A stretch of 64,000 nucleotides of DNA, taken from positions 6,932-70,931 of the forward strand of contig JBFJHJ010000013.1 in NCBI GenBank assembly GCA_041613315.1. The letters run 5' to 3'. Source of the stretch: Gemmatimonadales bacterium. GTDB taxonomy: Bacteria; Gemmatimonadota; Gemmatimonadetes; Gemmatimonadales; GWC2-71-9. Shown here one piece after another: positions 1 to 9,438 of the stretch (position 1 is its first letter; each line of letters starts with the position of its first letter). Position numbers and translations under genes: made by a program. The notes beneath the pieces were generated by a model, which was not told the DNA's origin, did not search any database, and saw nothing but the letters and a program-made list of their open reading frames with translations.

Positions 1-118
1 CGTCCAGCACCGAGCGCGCTCCAGTGGCCGGATCGTTGGCTTGCGCACCCAGCGGCGGCGCCAGGGCCGTCACGAACAGGAGGACGGCGAGTGGGGCCGT
101 CCTGGCGGTGAGTTCCAT
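1..118 (-). CDS. 5' end of a secreted protein running off the window edge
   Basis: Manual translation from ATG at 118: MELTARTAPLAVLLFVTALAPPLGAQANDPATGARSVLD, with a Sec-type signal peptide; not in the ORF track because it is truncated. Confidence 0.6.
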   Translation of the reverse strand, partial: MELTARTAPLAVLLFVTALAPPLGAQANDPATGARSVLD

Positions 119-288
119 ACGCGTCCCGTCGCGGATCCCATCGAAGCTACCCGCGGCCCCCACGGCGTCAATCGGGCCGCGGCATGGAACCGCCCGCGCG
201 TGATCAGATCCCTCCAACGGGCGGCCGGCTCTGATGACGATCGAGCGTAGCCAATCTCGAACTCCGGGGCGCGCGCCGCGGTCGAGCG

Positions 289-1170
289 TTATCGTGCGGC
301 GTCGAGGGCGGCCCGCAGGCCGCGCAACACCTCTCCGAGCGGCCCGTCCGCCCAGAAGTGCAGGTAATACAGCGTCGGCGTTTCCCCGATCAGGTGGCTG
401 TGGAGTGCGGTGACTTCGATGCCATTGCCGACGAGGGCGTCACGCAGGGGGCCGATCTGGATGCCAGTCACGGCGAAGTCACCGGTGGCGATGACGCGGG
501 AGCCGCCGACGGCTTGGAGGTTGACGGGACTGCCGGCGGTGATCGTCGCCGGCAGGGGGTGGCCGCCGAGAGTGATCGGGTCCGGCGCCAGCCGGAACCC
601 GAGCTTGGCGACCGGGCCTTCGGCGGTGCCGCGCGTGCCGAGTTCGCGGTAGACTCGAGCCGTGTCGATCGTGACAGGCCGCGGGGCGTGGGTGCGGACC
701 GGGCGTGGCGCGGCGGATTGGTCGAGTGCGCGCGCCACCTTGTGCGCCAGATCGAGCGCCGACCCGCGGCCCATGAAGTGGATGTACATGATGCGGGGGC
801 TTTCGCCGACGAGGTGATTGTGCACCGCCGTGACGGCGATGCTATCGGCGGCGAGTTGCCGTTCGACGCGCCCGAGCTCCGCGGTGGTCACCACGAGGTC
901 TCCCATGACCACCGTATCGCCGTCTATCGTCCCGAAGCCGGCCCAGCTGCCCAAGGCGACGCTTGGCTCGATCACGACGTCGCGCACGCGCACGGTGAGA
1001 TCCGAACGAGGGAAGTTGTAGCGGATGGTGCCACCACTGGCCACGGCAGCGCTTCCCAGTACGTTGGCCACGCTGTCCCACGGGGAGGCCTCCACATCTT
1101 GCGCCCACACGCGTGCGCCGCCGCCCGCCGACGCAACGGCCAGCGCGATGCCGACCACCGAGGCCCGCAT
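289..1170 (-). CDS. DUF1259 (LppY/LpqO-like) exported protein, two tandem domains
   Basis: Signal peptide; duplicated motifs VTAVHNHL..P.IMYIHF and VTALHSHL..P.LYYLHF. Confidence 0.8.
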   Translation of the reverse strand: MRASVVGIALAVASAGGGARVWAQDVEASPWDSVANVLGSAAVASGGTIRYNFPRSDLTVRVRDVVIEPSVALGSWAGFGTIDGDTVVMGDLVVTTAELGRVERQLAADSIAVTAVHNHLVGESPRIMYIHFMGRGSALDLAHKVARALDQSAAPRPVRTHAPRPVTIDTARVYRELGTRGTAEGPVAKLGFRLAPDPITLGGHPLPATITAGSPVNLQAVGGSRVIATGDFAVTGIQIGPLRDALVGNGIEVTALHSHLIGETPTLYYLHFWADGPLGEVLRGLRAALDAAR

Positions 1171-1315
1171 ACTCTGCTCCTGCGAGGGGTGTACATGAAC
1201 ATACAGCAGGCAGGCGATCGGCGTTCGCCGCAGGAGTCGCGCTCGGATCGGTGCCCGTGAGCGGCGCGCCGGCAGGGCGGATGCGCGCGGTTGGGCCCGC
1301 GGTTACTCATTCCGC

Positions 1316-3979
1316 GTGAGCACCGATCCGCATCAACCGCTCCGGGACGACGTCCGCCTCCTGGGAAGCCTGCTCGGCGACACCCTGCGGGCCCTCGAGG
1401 GGGAGGCCCTCTTCGAGACGGTGGAGGGCGTGCGCGCCCTCTCGAAGGCCGCCCGCGAGGGGAACGCGGCCGCGTTCGCCCGACTCGACACGACGCTCCG
1501 GACGTTGCCCGTCGAGCATGCCGTCCCGGTCGCCCGCGCGTTCGCCCACTTCCTGACACTCGCCAACATCGCAGAGCAACACCATCGCGTCCGGCGACGG
1601 CACGACTACTTGCGCACCCCCGACGCGCCGCCCCAACGGGCGTCCTTCGACGACACCTTCCGGCGGCTGCTGGCGGCCGGGGTCACCCCGGACGAGCTCG
1701 CCCAAACCGTACATGGACTGCGGATCGAGCTCGTGCTGACGGCCCACCCCACGGAAGTGGTGCGCCGAACGCTCCGCCAGCGGCAGCGTCGCATCGCCGA
1801 GCTGCTGGCCTATCGCGACCGGCGGGACCTCACCGTCCCTCAGCGGGAGCTCGCCGAGCAGGCCCTGCGACGCGAGATCACGGCGGCGTGGATGACCGAC
1901 GAGGTGCGGCGCGAGCGGCCGACGCCGCTCGACGAGGCCCGCTCGGGCCTCGTGGTGTTCGAGCAAACGCTGTGGGACGCGGTACCGCGGCATCTGCGGG
2001 CGCTCGACCGGAGTCTGCGTGCCGCGTGCGGCCGCGGGCTGCCCGCCGACGCCGCGCCCATCCGGTTCGGCTCGTGGATGGGCGGCGACCGCGACGGCAA
2101 TCCGACCGTCACGCCGGAGGTGACGGAGCGCGCGTGCCTGCTCGCCCGATGGATGGCGGCGCACCTGTACGCGGAAGAAGTTGCGGCCCTGCGCGCCGAA
2201 CTCTCCATGCGGGAGGGGAACGCGGAGCTCCGCGACCGGACGGGAGGCGCGTACGAGCCGTACCGCGCGCTCCTGGGGGCGGTGCATCGCCGACTGCGCG
2301 CGACCCGTGCGTGCGTCGAGCGGTTGCTCCGCGGCGATGCCGATGAGTGCGCGGGGGACGATGCGGCGCCTCTCTGGAATGCGGACGAGTTACGCGCACC
2401 GCTGGAGTTGTGCCGACGCTCGTTGATCGATACCGGCGCGGAGGTCGTAGCCGATGGGCGACTCCTCGACCTGCTACGCCGCCTCGCCTGCTTCGGGCTC
2501 ACCCTCGTCCGGCTCGATCTGCGGCAGGAAGCGTCACGCCACACCGAAGCCCTCGACGCCGTGAGCCGCGCGCTGGGGGAGGGATCGTACGCGGCGTTCG
2601 ACGAAGGTGATCGGCACGCGTTCCTGCTGCGGCATCTCACGACGGACGCGCATGCCGTGACGCGGGCGCTCGACGGCTCGTTCGACCCCGCAGTGCGTGA
2701 TGTGATCGACACGTTCCGCACCGCCGCCCGGATCCGGCCGGACGCGCTCGGGGCGTACGTGATCTCGATGGCGACCGAGCCATCGGACGTGCTGGCGGTC
2801 GAGCTGCTGCAGGCCGCGGCCGGTGTGCGTCCACCGCTCCGGGTGGTGCCCCTCTTCGAAACGGTGGGCGATCTCGCGACCGCGGGTGCGACCGTTTCGC
2901 GGCTGCTCGATCTCCCGTGGTACCGCGGGCGCATTGGCGACCAGCAGGAAGTCATGATCGGCTATTCCGACTCCGCCAAGGACGGCGGCCGCCTCGCGGC
3001 CGCGTGGGCCCTGTACACGGCGCAGGAGGATGTCGTGGCAGCCTGCCGCCAACGCGGCGTGCGAATCACGCTGTTCCACGGACGAGGAGGCACCGTCGGT
3101 CGGGGTGGGGGACCGACCCACCTGGCGATCCAGTCTCAGCCGCCGGGCTCGGTGGAGGGCGCCCTGCGCGTGACGGAGCAGGGGGAGATGATCGATGCCA
3201 AGTTCGGTCTCCCCGGTGTCGCGCTCCGGACCCTCGAGCTGTACACCACCGCCGTGATGGAGGCCACGCTGCGGCCGCCCACGGAGCCGCGACCGGCGTG
3301 GCGCCGCCGCATGCAGCAATTGGTCGACGCGTCCCGCGATGCCTACCGCCGCCTGGTCTACGAGACGCCGGACTTCGTGGCGTACTTCCGCGCCGCGACC
3401 CCCGAGCCGGAGCTCGGAACGCTCGCGATCGGGAGCCGGCCGGCGCGTCGCGCGCGGGGCACCGGTGTCGAGTCGCTCCGGGCGATCCCCTGGGTGTTCG
3501 CATGGACGCAGGTGCGGCTGATGCTGCCCGCGTGGCTCGGGCTCCGCGCCGCGCTTCAGGAGGCGGAATCCGCGGGAGCGCATGAGGACGTGCTCGCCAT
3601 GTATCGCGAGTGGCCGCTCTTCCACTCGACGATCGACCTGATCGAGATGGTGCTCGCCAAGGCATCGCCGGACATCGCCGCGGAGTACGAGAAGCGGCTC
3701 GTGCCGGAGCGGCTGCGCCCGCTCGGAGCGGCACTTCATGTGGAGCTGGCGGATGCGATGCAGGCGGTACGACGGCTCACGGGCCACGCTCGCCTCCTGG
3801 AGCACAATCCAGTGTTACGACGATCCATTGACGTGCGGAACCCGTACGTTGACCCGATCAATCTCGTCCAAGCCGAGATCCTCAGCCGGCTGCGGCAGGC
3901 GCACGGCGACGCTCGCCTGCACGACGCCCTGCTGATCACGGTGAACGGGATCGCGGCAGGGATGCGGAACACGGGATGA
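1316..3979 (+). CDS. ppc: Phosphoenolpyruvate carboxylase
   Basis: VLTAHPT, SWMGGDRDGNP, QEVMIGYSDSAKDGG, FHGRGGTVGRGGGP and C-terminal MRNTG. Confidence 0.98.
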   Translation: MSTDPHQPLRDDVRLLGSLLGDTLRALEGEALFETVEGVRALSKAAREGNAAAFARLDTTLRTLPVEHAVPVARAFAHFLTLANIAEQHHRVRRRHDYLRTPDAPPQRASFDDTFRRLLAAGVTPDELAQTVHGLRIELVLTAHPTEVVRRTLRQRQRRIAELLAYRDRRDLTVPQRELAEQALRREITAAWMTDEVRRERPTPLDEARSGLVVFEQTLWDAVPRHLRALDRSLRAACGRGLPADAAPIRFGSWMGGDRDGNPTVTPEVTERACLLARWMAAHLYAEEVAALRAELSMREGNAELRDRTGGAYEPYRALLGAVHRRLRATRACVERLLRGDADECAGDDAAPLWNADELRAPLELCRRSLIDTGAEVVADGRLLDLLRRLACFGLTLVRLDLRQEASRHTEALDAVSRALGEGSYAAFDEGDRHAFLLRHLTTDAHAVTRALDGSFDPAVRDVIDTFRTAARIRPDALGAYVISMATEPSDVLAVELLQAAAGVRPPLRVVPLFETVGDLATAGATVSRLLDLPWYRGRIGDQQEVMIGYSDSAKDGGRLAAAWALYTAQEDVVAACRQRGVRITLFHGRGGTVGRGGGPTHLAIQSQPPGSVEGALRVTEQGEMIDAKFGLPGVALRTLELYTTAVMEATLRPPTEPRPAWRRRMQQLVDASRDAYRRLVYETPDFVAYFRAATPEPELGTLAIGSRPARRARGTGVESLRAIPWVFAWTQVRLMLPAWLGLRAALQEAESAGAHEDVLAMYREWPLFHSTIDLIEMVLAKASPDIAAEYEKRLVPERLRPLGAALHVELADAMQAVRRLTGHARLLEHNPVLRRSIDVRNPYVDPINLVQAEILSRLRQAHGDARLHDALLITVNGIAAGMRNTG

Positions 3980-4100
3980 GGCGCCCGCGATCTCGATCGC
4001 TCCGTGCAGCGTCCGTTCCCCAGGCATCCGTCCCCTTGACGCCCGGCGGATCGGAGTGCCCCTTACGACGCGTTAAGGACCCTTCATTTAGGGAGGCACC

Positions 4101-4880
4101 ATGAAGCGCCTCGTTCTCAGCCTGCTCCTCGGCGCGCTCGCGTCACCCGGGATCGCCGCGGCGCAGGCGGGACCGCCCGAGAGAGGTCAACTCGTCGAAG
4201 TCAGTACGTTCAGTGTCGACCCGGCGCAGGCGCCGGCCTTCGAGGCGGCGGTCATGAAGGTGGTCAAGGCCGCCAAAGAAGCCAAAGTGAAGAGCGCCTG
4301 GCATTTCTGGACGGAGGGCTGGCAATACCATCTCGTGTATCCGGTCCCCAACATGGCGTACTTCGATGACCCGATGGCGTTCGAGAAGCAGTTCGAGGGC
4401 ACGCCGGGGCAGGCAACGCTCGAGCAGGCGTTCGGGGACATGGAAACCGTCGGGACGCGCGTGACGCTCACCGAAGTGGCCGAAACCGTCCCGGGATGGG
4501 GGCACCGCCCGGCGGCGCCCCCGACGAATCCCTCGTTCGGGCACATCAACGAGTTCTGGATCAAACCGGGAAAAGACCGGGCGTTCGATGCGGTGGTCAA
4601 GGAATTCATGGCCTTCTTCAAGGAAGTGGGCTACGGGTACGAAGTGCTGGGGCACCGCGTGCACTTCGGCGCGACGGGCCGGGCCGTGTTCGTGACGTTT
4701 GTCGACAACCTGGAGAACTTCTACGGGAGCAAGAGCCTCCCTCGGCTCATCCAGCAGAAGAAGGCCGACCAGAAATGGCAAGCACTGCTGGCGCGGCTGG
4801 CGGCCGTCATCGACCGCTCGGACGAGTCCACCATCATGTACCGACCCGACCTGAGCTTCATGCCGCCGACAGGCTCATGA
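4101..4880 (+). CDS. Secreted hypothetical protein with two tandem NIPSNAP/dimeric alpha-beta barrel-like halves
   Basis: GGGAGG RBS, signal peptide; halves FSVDPAQAPAFEAAV and FWIKPGKDRAFDAVV resemble each other. Confidence 0.65.
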   Translation: MKRLVLSLLLGALASPGIAAAQAGPPERGQLVEVSTFSVDPAQAPAFEAAVMKVVKAAKEAKVKSAWHFWTEGWQYHLVYPVPNMAYFDDPMAFEKQFEGTPGQATLEQAFGDMETVGTRVTLTEVAETVPGWGHRPAAPPTNPSFGHINEFWIKPGKDRAFDAVVKEFMAFFKEVGYGYEVLGHRVHFGATGRAVFVTFVDNLENFYGSKSLPRLIQQKKADQKWQALLARLAAVIDRSDESTIMYRPDLSFMPPTGS

Positions 4881-4902
4881 GGCCCTCTGGGTCTCCCCAA
4901 CA

Positions 4903-4938
4903 CGAGGGCGGTCCATCCGGACCGCCCTCGGTCATTTC
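4903..4938 (+). terminator. Stem-loop, probable intrinsic terminator between convergent genes
   Basis: Perfect 12-bp stem CGAGGGCGGTCC/GGACCGCCCTCG with ATCC loop, followed by GTCATTTC. Confidence 0.7.
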
Positions 4939-4976
4939 TCCCCGCTCCCCGCCGATCTCGTCTCTTGGGGCCGCTG

Positions 4977-5831
4977 CTAGCCGGATGCTCGGGGGAGGAC
5001 CTCCGAAACGGGAACGGCTGAGGAACGGCATCGTGCGGCGAACGCTAGCAGAGTCAAGTCGAGGACCTGTTGTGGCCGCGCAGCATCGGTGATCGCCACG
5101 GGAACGAGCTCGCGGCGTAGCGCCGCGAAGCGCTCGCCGCTGAGCCCGCACGCCGCGGCGACCGACCCGGCCGACGCCCCGCTCCACTGTGCCACGCTCA
5201 CGACGAAGAGGAGCGTGATCCAGGCCGCGAGCTCCTCGGGCGCGGGGACCTCCGCGGCGAGACATCGCATGCGGAGCGTCCCGGCGCTGATGCCGAGCTG
5301 CGCGGCGACGCGGTCGACGGCGGGGATCCCGGCTGCCTCCCGCGAGAGCCGCTCGAGCACCGCACGTGCCAGCTCGGTGAGGCCCGCCGGGCGGCGTGGG
5401 AGGACGGCGCCCAGCATCCGGTCGACGCTGGGCGCCGGGGCGGTGGCGAGCCATTTCAGCAGGAAGCTGCGGAGGGTGCCGGCCTCTCGGCGGTCCCGCG
5501 ACTGCACCCGCACGGTCACGCCGGGGATCTCCCCGGCGACCTGGCGGAACGCGAGAGTGTCTCTGCGGGGCTCGACGTAGAGCAGGATCGGGAGCGCCGG
5601 CTGCGCCGCCCGCACGTGTCGGACGACGGCCATCGCCAGAGCCGAGAGGGGCTCGGCGTCCCACACGATGCCGCTGAGTCGGCCGAGCACGTCGGCCTCG
5701 TAGACCAGCCGATCCGGCGGGATCTCAACACACCGATAGGGTGCAGCCGCCGCGGCCGTCGCCAACCAGCGCCGGGCCGTCGCGTCGGCGATCCAGTACC
5801 CCATCTGCCCACCGATCCGCACGTGCACCAC
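4977..5831 (-). CDS. Putative transcriptional regulator: degenerate receiver-like N-terminus plus AraC-like HTH (start may be ATG 5804)
   Basis: VDRVAAQLGISAGTLRMRC and a second HTH-like SVAAACGLS; divergent from the che operon. Confidence 0.55.
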   Translation of the reverse strand: MVHVRIGGQMGYWIADATARRWLATAAAAAPYRCVEIPPDRLVYEADVLGRLSGIVWDAEPLSALAMAVVRHVRAAQPALPILLYVEPRRDTLAFRQVAGEIPGVTVRVQSRDRREAGTLRSFLLKWLATAPAPSVDRMLGAVLPRRPAGLTELARAVLERLSREAAGIPAVDRVAAQLGISAGTLRMRCLAAEVPAPEELAAWITLLFVVSVAQWSGASAGSVAAACGLSGERFAALRRELVPVAITDAARPQQVLDLTLLAFAARCRSSAVPVSEVLPRASG

Positions 5832-5986
5832 GTCGTTGTCCTTGTCGGGGGAACCTCAACCGGAACGCGGCTGGCGGCCCTTCCTTAGCTATCGGCGCGT
5901 CGCCGTCGGTCTGAAGCGCGTCGACGAGCGGCGGACGCGCCGTGGACGAATCGCGTGAACTAGTGCGAGTCGCAAGGCGGGGGGTG

Positions 5987-6002
5987 TGTGACGCGCGTCA
6001 CG
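5987..6002. promoter_or_regulatory. CRP/FNR-family-like operator
   Basis: TGTGA-cgcgcg-TCACG, 9/10 match to TGTGA-N6-TCACA, in the divergent intergenic region. Confidence 0.5.
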
Positions 6003-6196
6003 ATGCGCGGCAAACGGCCGTCAAGTGACGGCGTGCGAGTCGCTTACGATGTGTGATCCGGCGCGCAGCATTCGGCATGGTAGTTGCCCACATTGCACGC
6101 ATCACGTTGCACGAACCGCAAGAATCGGCGGTACGCGTGGGCGCCGGAAGTGTGACGTGCGCGCCTGCGCATCGTCCGAGAGGAGTGAAGGATTCG

Positions 6197-6610
6197 ATGC
6201 GCACAACCGATGATCTACTCGTGGTCTTCGACGCGGAGTGCCGAGAACATCTCGCGGCCATGCGTCGCGCGCTCGACACACTCGAGCATCGACCGGCCGA
6301 CTGGAATGCCGTCTCGGTGGTCGTCCGCGGCGCCCACACGATTGCCGGCAACGCGGCGATGATGGCGCTCACCGCCCCCACGAAGCTGGCGCGCGCCCTC
6401 GAGCAGGCCGCGATCCGGCTGCACGGCGGACGACAGGCGGCGGGCATGAGCGCGATGGCGCTGATGCGGGAATCGGTGGAGGCGCTGGACGCGATGCTGC
6501 GCGTGTGCGTCCAGCAGGCCGGCGACGGTGTGTCCTTGGACTCGCGGGTCGAACGGGTTCTCAACAGGCTCGAGGGGGTCGGCGTTCAGACCGCCGCGGG
6601 CTCGACGTAG
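6197..6610 (+). CDS. Stand-alone Hpt (CheA P1-like) phosphotransfer protein
   Basis: FDAECREHL...GAHTIAGNAAMM; AGGAG lies upstream of ATG 6197. Confidence 0.75.
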   Translation: MRTTDDLLVVFDAECREHLAAMRRALDTLEHRPADWNAVSVVVRGAHTIAGNAAMMALTAPTKLARALEQAAIRLHGGRQAAGMSAMALMRESVEALDAMLRVCVQQAGDGVSLDSRVERVLNRLEGVGVQTAAGST

Positions 6611-6618
6611 GTGACGAC

Positions 6619-7026
6619 ATGGCGAGCACCAAGAAGCGCGTGTTGGCGGTGGACGACTCGACGCTGCTTCAGCGGATGTACGAGATGTCCTTCAAGATCT
6701 ACACGACGGTTCCCGTCGAGCTGGCGATTGCGTCCGATGGTCAGGACGCACTGACACGGCTCGCCGAACACCCCGACACCGACCTCGTCCTTCTCGACAT
6801 CAACATGCCCGGCATGACCGGGCTCGAGTGCCTCGAGCGGATCCGCAAGGAACCGGCGCTCAAGCGCATCCGCGTCATACTCGTCAGCACCGAAGACCAC
6901 CGGTCGGACGTCGAGCGCGGCGTCGCGGCCGGCGCCGTCGCCTACCTCATCAAGCCGTTTACGCCCCAGCAGTTGCACGAACTCCTCGACGACATGCTGG
7001 TGTCCAAGCGGGCGAACGGGCGGTAA
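6619..7026 (+). CDS. cheY: Single-domain response regulator (CheY-like)
   Basis: VLAVDDS, LLDINMPGM, VST, YLIKPF; real start lies inside track ORF 6238..7026. Confidence 0.85.
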   Translation: MASTKKRVLAVDDSTLLQRMYEMSFKIYTTVPVELAIASDGQDALTRLAEHPDTDLVLLDINMPGMTGLECLERIRKEPALKRIRVILVSTEDHRSDVERGVAAGAVAYLIKPFTPQQLHELLDDMLVSKRANGR

Positions 7027-7038
7027 GCCGGAGCGACC

Positions 7039-8625
7039 GTGTCGGCCAATCCCTTTGAGGCGCTCCTCCAGGAATTCCTCCTGGAGGCGCACGAACGGCT
7101 GCAGCGCATCGAGGACCGACTGGTGCGCCTGCGGACCGCGGCCCCGGCGGCGCGGCCGACGTTGCTGGCGGACGCCGCGCGCGAGCTGCACACCCTCAAG
7201 GGCAACTCCGGGATGATGGGCCTCGCCGAGCTCCAGGGCATCGCGCATGGGGCGGAGGAGGAGCTCAAGAGCGCGGGGCCGGACGCGATCGACGTGTCCG
7301 CCGTGCTGGGGTCGCTGGATCGCTTCCGTGTGGCGCTCCACGCGGCGGGAGGCGGCACGGCTGCGCCGACGGCTTCCCGTGGCGCCGCCCCCGGCCGAGC
7401 CGCGGAGGACGTGGATCTCGCCCTGGGCAGCGTGCGCGTCCCCTTCGGTGCGTTGGACGAGTTGATCGACCTCGTGTCCGAGGTCGTCCTGTTCCGCAAC
7501 CGGCTCGCGACCGCAATCAGCGCCGGACCGCGACTCGACCCGAATGCCGCCGACTACGCCGAGGCCTCCCGCGCCGCGTGGATGGAGATCCGACATGCGT
7601 ACGGCGGGCTCGGCAGAACCCTGGACGTGATTCAGGACCGTGTCCTCCGGCTGCGGATGGTCCCGCTGGGCAGCCTGTTCGGGTCGCTGAACCGTCTCGT
7701 GTTCGATGAGAGCGCGCGCGTGGGGAAGGACGTGCGGCTGGAGACGCGGGGCGGCGACACGCCGTTGGACAAGGCCTTGCTGGAGCTGGCCGGCGAGGCG
7801 CTCGGACATCTGGTGCGGAACGCGGTCGTGCACGGGCTGGAGGCGCCCGCACGGCGGGCGCAGGCCGGCAAGTCGCGGATCGGCACCGTTCGCGTGCTGG
7901 CCTCCGCGGGGGCCGAGGCCGTGCAGATCGAGGTGGCCGACGACGGCGCGGGCATTGACCAGGCCGCGCTGCGCCGCATCGCCGAGGCGCGGGGTATCGA
8001 GACCGCGAAGTTCCCGAACATCCTGTCAGTGCTCTTCCTGCCCGGCTTCTCGACGCAGCGAGAGGCCGACATGAGCGCCGGCCGCGGCGTCGGGTTGTCG
8101 GCGGTCCAGGAGGCCGTGCGGCGGCGGGGCGGCCGGATCGAGATCCTCACGGAGCCCGGACGGGGAACGACCTTCCTGCTGCATCTCCCGTTGAGCGTCT
8201 CCATCGCCCGGGCGCTGCTCGTCAGAGCCGACGGTGAGGACTACGCCCTGCCGCTGGCCTCCGTCGTGGACAGCCGCCGCCTCCGGTGCGGGGAGAGCCA
8301 TCGGGTGAACAACGCCGGCGTAATGCGCTGGCGTGAGCGGACGATCCCCTTGCTCGATCTCGGCTGCAGTTTCGGCACCGCTCGGGCGATGCGGGAATCC
8401 GGCTACGTGATCGTAATCGAGGCACAGGGAAAGCAGCGGGGTCTCTTGGCGGACCAGATCCGCGGGATCCAGGAGGTGGTTGTGAAGGGTCTCGATCCGA
8501 TCGTCGGCGATGCGCCCGGGATCGCGGGGTCCACCGTCTTGGGCGACGGGCGCGCGATCCTGATCCTCGACCCGCGGAGCCTCGTGGAGGCGGCGCCGTT
8601 CGTCGAGGCGGAGGTGGGCGTGTGA
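7039..8625 (+). CDS. cheA: Chemotaxis histidine kinase, compact form without a P2 domain
   Basis: LHTLKGNSG Hpt, HLVRNAVVHG, DDGAGID, FLPGFST, GRGVGL, C-terminal CheW domain. Confidence 0.95.
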   Translation: MSANPFEALLQEFLLEAHERLQRIEDRLVRLRTAAPAARPTLLADAARELHTLKGNSGMMGLAELQGIAHGAEEELKSAGPDAIDVSAVLGSLDRFRVALHAAGGGTAAPTASRGAAPGRAAEDVDLALGSVRVPFGALDELIDLVSEVVLFRNRLATAISAGPRLDPNAADYAEASRAAWMEIRHAYGGLGRTLDVIQDRVLRLRMVPLGSLFGSLNRLVFDESARVGKDVRLETRGGDTPLDKALLELAGEALGHLVRNAVVHGLEAPARRAQAGKSRIGTVRVLASAGAEAVQIEVADDGAGIDQAALRRIAEARGIETAKFPNILSVLFLPGFSTQREADMSAGRGVGLSAVQEAVRRRGGRIEILTEPGRGTTFLLHLPLSVSIARALLVRADGEDYALPLASVVDSRRLRCGESHRVNNAGVMRWRERTIPLLDLGCSFGTARAMRESGYVIVIEAQGKQRGLLADQIRGIQEVVVKGLDPIVGDAPGIAGSTVLGDGRAILILDPRSLVEAAPFVEAEVGV

Positions 8626-9248
8626 GCGACGCGCCCAAGAAGCGCGCCCGCCGGGCGTCGCGGCGGGCCAAGCGCGCGACGCCGAAGCCGGCCGCCGCCG
8701 CCGAGGCGCCGGAGACGTTTGGCGGCCGCGAGCGCGTGTACGCGTTCGCGGACAGTGTCGACGCGGTCGAGGGTGCTCGCGAGGGAGACGAGCAGGAAGA
8801 GGTGCGACTCGAGACCTGGGTCGCCTTCCGGCTGGCGGGCGAGACGTTCGCGCTACCGGTCAGCGCCGTGCAGGAGATCGTCCGGGTCGCGGGGATCACC
8901 CGGGTGCCGCACGCGCCCTACACGGTCCGGGGGGTCATCAACCTGCGCGGCCGTGTGGTGCCGGTGGTGGACCTCCGGGTCCGGATCGGCTTGCCGCCCG
9001 CCGACGTCAGTCCCTCCAGCCGCATCCTCGTCACGTCCACGCGGGGCCGGCTCCTGGGCCTGCTGGTGGACGCGGTGGACCAGGTCGTCCGGCTCGACCG
9101 CAATCAGGTCGAACCGGCGCCTCCGGACGTCATGACGGCGCAATCGGAGTACCTCCTCGGCGTCTACCACCTGGAGCGGGCGCTGCTGATCCTGCTCGTG
9201 GTGGAGCCGCTGCTGTTGGTGCCGGATTCGCTCCAGGCCGGAGTGTGA
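8622..9248 (+). CDS. cheW: CheW coupling protein with basic N-terminal extension
   Basis: ITRVPHAP..VRGVINLRGRVVPVVDL; GTGA overlap with cheA. Confidence 0.93.
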   Translation: MSDAPKKRARRASRRAKRATPKPAAAAEAPETFGGRERVYAFADSVDAVEGAREGDEQEEVRLETWVAFRLAGETFALPVSAVQEIVRVAGITRVPHAPYTVRGVINLRGRVVPVVDLRVRIGLPPADVSPSSRILVTSTRGRLLGLLVDAVDQVVRLDRNQVEPAPPDVMTAQSEYLLGVYHLERALLILLVVEPLLLVPDSLQAGV

Positions 9249-9438
9249 GGTGCGGCATGGTGCCCGACCATGGCGGGGCTGACCTTGTGCTGGGCTTCCG
9301 GAGCGCCTCGGGCGGCGCGGCCGACCGCTCGTCACGGGGGATCGCCGTGAACCATCGGGGAGGTGGAACCTGAGCACCGAAGAGCAACTGAGCCGTCCGC
9401 GCGACGGCGCGGCCGATTCCCGGCCCCGGTGGGCGTCC

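Noticed and set aside
4036..4070. Sigma-70 promoter at TTGACG upstream of 4101
   Set aside because: No plausible -10 hexamer at 16-18 nt spacing
6008..6090. c-di-GMP-I riboswitch upstream of the che operon (GGCAAAC ... ATGGTAGTTGCC)
   Set aside because: Lacks the GNRA loop, the GACGCAAA junction and a recognisable second stem; needs an Rfam scan to reconsider
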